DNA of 64,000 bases from Candidatus Poribacteria bacterium (GTDB lineage: Bacteria; Poribacteria; WGA-4E; PCPOR2b). Position 1 is the stretch's first letter, and each line of letters opens with the position of its first letter. Shown one piece after another: positions 58,229-64,000 of the stretch. The stretch covers positions 1,728,001 to 1,792,000 of the forward strand of contig OZ244042.1 in NCBI GenBank assembly GCA_965215015.1, written 5' to 3'. A program made the position numbers and the translations under genes. The notes under the pieces were generated by a model. It did no database searches and was not told the origin of the DNA. It worked only from the letters and a program-made list of their open reading frames with translations.

Positions 58229-59293
58229 ATGTTGAATACTCAATCTCTTCAATTCAAGTGTTTTTGTTTTCCGTTTGCTCTGATTACTGGTTTCGTCGTC
58301 ACTACCATCGGGATAGCTGACAAACATTCGTCAATGCCGAGCGGGGATGCAAGCATCGTTTCCCCAGATGCTAAGTTGGAGAAATTGTTCGGCGACGCGG
58401 TTTTCACAGAGGGAGCTGCTGTCGCACCGGATGGCACCGTTTACTTCAGCGATATAACCTTTACACATACGTCAGGGATGCAGGCGGGACACATCTGGAG
58501 GTATGACCCCAAGACCGGGACCGCTTCCGTTTTTCGCTCGCCGAGCGGGATGTCCAACGGCATCAAATTTGATGCCCAAGGGCGAATGGTTGTCGCCGAA
58601 GGGGCGGACTTCGGTGGACGCCGTGTCACTCGGACGGATATGACCACAGGCAAAAGTGAGATTATCGCCGGCCTGTATGAGGGACGGCCGTTTAATGCGC
58701 CCAACGACATCACCATCGATGAAAAAGGGCGAATCTATTTTAGCGACCCCCGGTATCTAGGGCATGAACCGATAGACCAACCCATCATGGCAGTATACCG
58801 CATCGATACAGATGGCTCGATTCACCGCATTATCACCGATGCGGGAAAGCCGAACGGTGTGGCAGTGTCGCCCGACCAGAAATCGTTGTACGTGGTCAGT
58901 AATGACAACGGAATGACCGGCATTGGTCGGATTCCCGAAGATACACCCCTTCATAGAGGGCGTATGGCGTTGCTAGCGTATGACTTAGCGGCGGCCGGGA
59001 CTGCCACGTTTCGGAAAGTATTGGTTGACTACGCCCCACAAGATGGGCCTGACGGACTAGTCGTTGATGTAGACGGAAATCTTTATGTCGCTGTGCGCGA
59101 TACCACTCGGCCGGGCATCTGCGTCTACTCGCCTGAAGGGAAGGAACTGGCGTATATCCCAACGACGCCGGAACTCCCGACCAATGTTGCGTTTGGCCGC
59201 GGAGATGAGAGCAAGACGCTGTATGTTACATCGGGAAACAGTCTCTACCGCATTCAAGTGATGAAAGACGGCTACCATCTGCCATCAGAATGA
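58229..59293 (+). CDS. SMP-30/gluconolactonase/LRE family protein
   Basis: FTEG, SNG, PND, PNGV, PDGL, PTNVAFG; hydrophobic N-terminus. Confidence 0.92.
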   Translation: MLNTQSLQFKCFCFPFALITGFVVTTIGIADKHSSMPSGDASIVSPDAKLEKLFGDAVFTEGAAVAPDGTVYFSDITFTHTSGMQAGHIWRYDPKTGTASVFRSPSGMSNGIKFDAQGRMVVAEGADFGGRRVTRTDMTTGKSEIIAGLYEGRPFNAPNDITIDEKGRIYFSDPRYLGHEPIDQPIMAVYRIDTDGSIHRIITDAGKPNGVAVSPDQKSLYVVSNDNGMTGIGRIPEDTPLHRGRMALLAYDLAAAGTATFRKVLVDYAPQDGPDGLVVDVDGNLYVAVRDTTRPGICVYSPEGKELAYIPTTPELPTNVAFGRGDESKTLYVTSGNSLYRIQVMKDGYHLPSE

Positions 59294-59378
59294 AACGTGA
59301 AACGTAAAACGTATTTCCACCGCAGAGACACAGAGAACACTGAGAAAAACAATGACAAAAAACTCTGTGTTTCTGTGG
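59290..59378. repeat. ACGTGAA heptamer repeats plus CACAGAG/CTCTGTG palindromic element
   Basis: ACGTGAA-ACGTAAA-ACGTA, then CGCAGAGACACAGAG...CTCTGTGTTTCTGTG. Confidence 0.6.
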
Positions 59379-59454
59379 TCGGTTCTCTCGCTTTCTCCTT
59401 TTAGAGTGGATCAAGTTTATGCGAAACGAGATCCGCCGGTAGGGCTACGCGGGA

Positions 59455-60954
59455 CTATCCAACCCCAAACAACTTCCCAATCAACCCCCATCCACCAATT
59501 CCTGCGAAAACAATCAGAATTGCCGCCGACACGATCGCACCAAGCAGCATCGGCAGCCGTGTCCGATAAACGGCGGGCAGTTTGAAGTTCAAATATAACG
59601 CGCCAAGCATCATCAGGGCGATTGATAGGTTCGCCAAGATAAATCCGGCAATCTGTGTCAGGATATCGAACGGAATATTAAGCCAAACGATGACAAACGT
59701 GGTTATGAAGATATAGACACAGATATAGCGTCGCATTTTATCGTAATCCCACTCCCGGTTGGGCCAAATTGCTTGGAAAAATTCCTGTGACACGCGAGCA
59801 TAAATTTCGGGCAGCGCCTGTAAAGTTCCCCAAAGTGCCGCGATAATACAGATGTAATAGACCCAGATGAGTGAACCGTGGATATTACTCCAGACATGAC
59901 GTTGTTCGGTGAGCAGACTCCATCCCTTAAATTCACTTTGGAGCGGGTACAAAACAGCGGCACCGGATAACATGAATGCCCCCGTTACAATGAACAGAAC
60001 AATCGCTCCCATACCGACATCCCACCGCAACGGTGCTACAATTTTTCGCAATCGACTCACCTGCTCTGGACCATCAGGCAGGTAGTCAATCTTATCGTGC
60101 GTGAAAGCGTGCTGGCGAATCTCTTCAATGTTTTGATGCCCTGTCAGCCCCCAACGGTGGATTCCGACCCAGTTAGCATAGACAATGTAACCCATGACCG
60201 AACCGCCCACATAAGCAAATGCTGTAGCCATCGTTAGGAGCGGGTTTTGAACGGCATCTTGCGGTGCCCATTCGGGAAACTCCGGCAATTTTCCGAAACC
60301 GAGACTTCCGATAAACGCTTTCCCTAAATCTGGACGCACCATTAGGGTTCCGATAATGGTCCCCACAACGAGGATGGTGCAAATGATGAGCTGCTGTTTC
60401 TCTAGTCTTTCAAACGAAAGCCGTAAGCCAAATCCGAGGGCAAGGCCGATGAAGCAGCACGTGATAATGTTCTCATAAGTCCCCTCCGAGATGGAGGGAG
60501 GCAACATGCCACTGAGAAAGAAGTGGAACAGATCCCCGCACGGCTTCGCAATCGGCACCCAAGCCAGTGGTGCCCCGATCATCTCCATCAACATAATTGC
60601 AATCAGCAGCCAGCCGCGCGGCCCCGGCAGCCGTACAAGCCGATGACCGATATATTCCCCGCTGACCGCTGTGTAGCGTCCGAGCAGGTAGGTGACGAAG
60701 ACTCCCTTAACAACGCAGCTGAGAAGCACAAGCCATAGCAGTCCATAGCCTGCCCACGCCCCCGCTCTGACAACAACAATCGTTTCGCCTGCACCGATAC
60801 TGACCGATGCTACAATCGCGGCGGGTCCAAAAACAGCAAACAACCCGAACACTTTGTTCATCGACCACGGTTGGGCAAACACGCCGCTGACAGGGGGCAC
60901 TTCAACTTTGCCAATATCTTCTTCTGTCTCCTGAACTGTTTCTCTATCGTCCAT
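59455..60954 (-). CDS. Nramp-like (APC superfamily) membrane transporter
   Basis: GPAAIVASVSIGAGE, GYGLLW, RYTAVSGE; about 11 TM helices. Confidence 0.82.
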   Translation of the reverse strand: MDDRETVQETEEDIGKVEVPPVSGVFAQPWSMNKVFGLFAVFGPAAIVASVSIGAGETIVVVRAGAWAGYGLLWLVLLSCVVKGVFVTYLLGRYTAVSGEYIGHRLVRLPGPRGWLLIAIMLMEMIGAPLAWVPIAKPCGDLFHFFLSGMLPPSISEGTYENIITCCFIGLALGFGLRLSFERLEKQQLIICTILVVGTIIGTLMVRPDLGKAFIGSLGFGKLPEFPEWAPQDAVQNPLLTMATAFAYVGGSVMGYIVYANWVGIHRWGLTGHQNIEEIRQHAFTHDKIDYLPDGPEQVSRLRKIVAPLRWDVGMGAIVLFIVTGAFMLSGAAVLYPLQSEFKGWSLLTEQRHVWSNIHGSLIWVYYICIIAALWGTLQALPEIYARVSQEFFQAIWPNREWDYDKMRRYICVYIFITTFVIVWLNIPFDILTQIAGFILANLSIALMMLGALYLNFKLPAVYRTRLPMLLGAIVSAAILIVFAGIGGWGLIGKLFGVG

Positions 60955-61375
60955 GTCCTTCCTTTCATTTCAAAAGCAACTTTTCCACTGCCTTCTTTTG
61001 TTATGTAGGCGAAGTTTGCCGTTCGGATTTTGAAGAAAAATGCTAGCAGCTATCTTAGCATACATCCGAAACCTTGTCTATCAAAAAAGAACCCCGAGAC
61101 CTGCGTTCACAGGAACAGGTTTTGGTGTCGATTTTAAGTGCAACTTGTGCTAAAATAAAGCTATCGTTTGAGGATGGTCTGCTTTCAACAGGAAGGGCAC
61201 CGACTCACTTAATAATCGGTATTTTCGATTTTGGAAAATCAACCGCCAGAGGGCCTATGTGGGTGCATTTGGCAGCTTAAACGACCCCAATTTCAGCGAG
61301 GACAGGCTCTGCCCTACCCTTACAGATTCGGTGACCATGCCTCGCAACGCCCGCTTCATCGGATGGCGACAGTTA

Positions 61376-61441
61376 GCGATTTATCGTCTATCGTAACGCG
61401 GGTTGAATGACGTTACGACACACTCAAGTGCGTAACGCCTA
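61376..61441 (-). repeat. One end of the TAGGA(C/G)TTACGCA MITE family
   Basis: Reverse complement matches 1502-1567 over ~66 bp with a few substitutions. Confidence 0.7.
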
Positions 61442-61571
61442 AAGAAGTTAAACAATGATTGACACCGGTAGTTACTATGTAGTAGGTGCAATCGGATTAA
61501 AAGCAAACAAATTCAAGAGGTTCTCGTCGCAATTTTGAAAGAGCGAGCATTACACAGCTAGGAGAAAATTT

Positions 61572-62660
61572 ATGAACTGTCCTACTTATGAGTCGATCGG
61601 TGTACGACCACTGATCAATTGTCGGGGTACTTATACGATTATAAGCGGATCGGTTATTCTGCCCGAAGTCCGCGAAGCGATGCTCTTGGCTTCCCAACGC
61701 TATGTCAATCTCGATGAACTGATGGATTGTGTTGGGGCGCGAATTGCTGAGTTGATGGATTGTGAATGGGGGTTGGTCACCGATGGATGTGCTGCGGCAC
61801 TGTGTCAGGTGACAGCGGCTTGTGTGGCCGGCAGCGACCCAGAAAAGATGATTCGACTCCCCGACACCACCGGTATGAAAAACGAGGTTATCGTTCAAAC
61901 CTGCCATCGGAATGTCTACGACCATGCAATCCGTATGGTTGGGGTCAAGATGATTGAGATTGAAACAAAAGATGAACTCAAAGCTGCCCTCAATGATCGG
62001 ACTGCGATGCTCTTTGTTTTCGGAGACGCCGAAGAACGCGGTCAAATAACGACGAAGGAGATGGCAGAAATTGGCCACGAACATGGCGTACCCACCTTCG
62101 TTGATGCAGCAGCAGAACGGCCCGATGTGCCCAACTGGTATCTTGAGCAGGGGGCCGATGCCGTTGCCTATAGCGGCGGTAAATGTCTCCGAGGTCCCCA
62201 AGCCTCCGGCTTGGTCCTAGGGCGTAAGGATTTACTCCAAAACGCTTTTCTCAATGGTGCACCCCATCACTCGTTGGCACGTCCGATGAAAGCCGGTAAG
62301 GAGGAAATTATGGGACTCTTGGCAGCGGTTGAGCAGTGGGTAAAAAGAGACCATAAGGCGGAGTGGAAAGAATGGGAGAGACGATTGGGGGGTATAACGG
62401 AGGTTGTGAAAGATATTGATACCGTAACGACTGCAATCCGTCAACCGGGCAGATCGAATGTCGCACCGGTGCTTGAGATTAACTGGGAGGTTGGGACGGT
62501 AGGAATGAGCGGTACAGAGGCCGCAAATCAGTTGTCGACAGGCGAGCCACGGATTGAACTCCACAACAATGAAAACGGTATCTCCATCATGCCCTACATG
62601 ATGGAAGAGGGCGAAGACGAAATCGTTGCCGATCGAATCCGTCAGGTGCTCAATTCATAG
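61572..62660 (+). CDS. SelA-like PLP-dependent enzyme (DgaE/D-glucosaminate-6-phosphate ammonia-lyase-like)
   Basis: INCRGTYT, VDAAAE, YSGGKCLRGPQASG (PLP Lys), RPMKAGKEEI. Confidence 0.85.
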   Translation: MNCPTYESIGVRPLINCRGTYTIISGSVILPEVREAMLLASQRYVNLDELMDCVGARIAELMDCEWGLVTDGCAAALCQVTAACVAGSDPEKMIRLPDTTGMKNEVIVQTCHRNVYDHAIRMVGVKMIEIETKDELKAALNDRTAMLFVFGDAEERGQITTKEMAEIGHEHGVPTFVDAAAERPDVPNWYLEQGADAVAYSGGKCLRGPQASGLVLGRKDLLQNAFLNGAPHHSLARPMKAGKEEIMGLLAAVEQWVKRDHKAEWKEWERRLGGITEVVKDIDTVTTAIRQPGRSNVAPVLEINWEVGTVGMSGTEAANQLSTGEPRIELHNNENGISIMPYMMEEGEDEIVADRIRQVLNS

Positions 62661-62707
62661 CTAGGAGATCAGTCCAACGCACAAATCCGTGAGGTGCTCA
62701 ATTCATA
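62636..62707 (+). repeat. 24-bp direct repeat of the selA-like gene 3' end
   Basis: AATCCGTCAGGTGCTCAATTCATA (62636) vs AATCCGTGAGGTGCTCAATTCATA (62684). Confidence 0.85.
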
Positions 62708-62776
62708 ACCGGTTAGAATCTGCGGACAGATTCGCCTCGCGCGATACAAAGCAACGCGGTCCCTGCTTCGTTTGAG

Positions 62777-62926
62777 CTATAACCAATCTTGGTCCGGATT
62801 GCTTGATAAATGCCGGTCGCCATGGTGCGGTGTTGCTGAGTGATCCATCGAATTTTCTCCCCCAATTTTCCTAGCGCCGCAACCGATTAAGATAATCAAC
62901 GCTAAAAACGATGTAAATCGCCCCAT
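62777..62926 (-). pseudogene. Short or truncated lipoprotein
   Basis: GGAG RBS, MGRFTSFLALIILIGC lipobox, only 49 aa. Confidence 0.4.
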
Positions 62927-63155
62927 AGGATTCACACTCCTATGGGGCTTTTTCTTGAAGCCCTTAAGTATATAGTTCCCAAACTTTAGGAATATTAAAA
63001 AAAAATGAAAAAAAGAGCTTAAGATTTTCCAGCGAACTGAATATATATAAGTGAGGGCAGAATCGCCCTCAAAAATAGGAAGGTTGATATAGAGGCAGTG
63101 GACCCATCTGTTGCCTCTCACATTTTCACCTCGTTTTACCAGGAGGAGGTTCATC

Positions 63156-63707
63156 ATGACACGCCTGAAGCAACACCCGAAGGCATTCGTGTTTGTCAGT
63201 TTGTTAGCACTGGCATTGGTACTGGGGCTAATTCACCGGGGCGTCGCAGGACGTTTAGACGGGCTCCCAACTTCAGCTTACAGCAATGACTACACCGAAG
63301 ATCATATACGGTATAACGTCTCAGTCGGCTCTCTGAGGTATAACTCCAGCACCCAAGAGACAAGTAGCTTTCACCTGATTTTCCTCGAAAATCATTCCAA
63401 TTTTGTGATTACATCGAGGCATCTATACGCCCAGCACGTTTACAAAGACGATCAGCAGACCATTGTGAGGAGCAACTTCACCCCATGGCTCACCGGTCCC
63501 CGGGTGGAACCGATTGAAGACACGCCGCCCCCGGAAGAGGTCAACACGAGGGACGATACGCTCACAAACAATGTTGGTGGTTTATCAGAGGGCCACTATT
63601 GGATTAACGCCTATACGGAGCTGGAGTTCAAGAGAGAAGGGAGCAACATCAACCTTCGGACCCCCAGAGCCGAGGCGGCAAAAAGATTTTTGAAGATGAG
63701 GAACTAA
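63156..63707 (+). CDS. Secreted hypothetical protein
   Basis: AGGAGGAGG RBS, signal-peptide-like N-terminus. Confidence 0.8.
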   Translation: MTRLKQHPKAFVFVSLLALALVLGLIHRGVAGRLDGLPTSAYSNDYTEDHIRYNVSVGSLRYNSSTQETSSFHLIFLENHSNFVITSRHLYAQHVYKDDQQTIVRSNFTPWLTGPRVEPIEDTPPPEEVNTRDDTLTNNVGGLSEGHYWINAYTELEFKREGSNINLRTPRAEAAKRFLKMRN

Positions 63708-63709
63708 CC

Positions 63710-64000
63710 ATGCGTACTCTAACGATATACCTCACCTGTTGTCTCTGGTTGGGCACGATGAGTGCTCATGGCAAAATTGTGTTTCAATCGGGTCGGGATG
63801 GGAATCTTGAAATCTACGTCATGAATTCAGACGGAACGGGTCAAACCCGTCTGACACATAACGAGGCGCGCGATCTCCAAGCTGCCTGGTCTCCTAATGG
63901 GAGACAGATTGCGTTCACACGAACGTGGGATGATGAGGACTTGGAGATTTATGTGATGGATGCCGATGGTGGCAACCAGCGCAATCTGACCAACCATCCC
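63710..64000 (+). CDS. TolB-like PD40 beta-propeller protein, 3' partial
   Basis: Signal peptide, KIVFQSGRDGNLEIYVMNSDG, WSPNGRQIAF, EIYVMDADGGNQRNLT; missed by the ORF track because it has no stop in the window. Confidence 0.88.
   Translation, partial: MRTLTIYLTCCLWLGTMSAHGKIVFQSGRDGNLEIYVMNSDGTGQTRLTHNEARDLQAAWSPNGRQIAFTRTWDDEDLEIYVMDADGGNQRNLTNHP

Noticed and set aside
61572-62660. Selenocysteine synthase (selA) and Sec recoding
   Set aside because: The protein is the shorter SelA-like/DgaE type; no selB, selC, selD or in-frame TGA selenoprotein is seen.

Overview
Bacterial chromosomal window, about 50% GC. The gene mix (PhyH dioxygenases, enolase-superfamily and Gfo/Idh/MocA enzymes, CRTAC1/ASPIC-UnbV proteins, a TolB-like protein, many REP-like palindromes) resembles Candidatus Poribacteria; this is inference only. 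Contents in order: a degenerate NtrC-type regulator, ygfA, a partial dcw cluster (rsmH-ftsL-ftsI-[pseudogene]-murE-murF-mraY, no mraZ), dcd, sigma-54 glnA-glnB, a GldA/F/G-type ABC operon, a decayed type I R-M locus, a multiheme-TPR protein and two FG-GAP/ASPIC proteins, a MetE-like synthase, tricorn protease and a sugar-acid catabolic cluster. The most unusual signals are non-coding. (1) A ~950 bp array of six 106-bp palindromic elements whose spacers are mostly variant copies of the last ~11 codons of hsdM, lying between hsdM and hsdS remnants. (2) Two protein-free IS200/IS605-like mini-elements that appear to keep a TnpB-type right-end (omega) RNA scaffold; one abuts the RBS of the metE-like gene. 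(3) Candidate structured RNAs upstream of ygfA, rsmH and glnA. All calls are from reading the sequence by eye; no searches were run.
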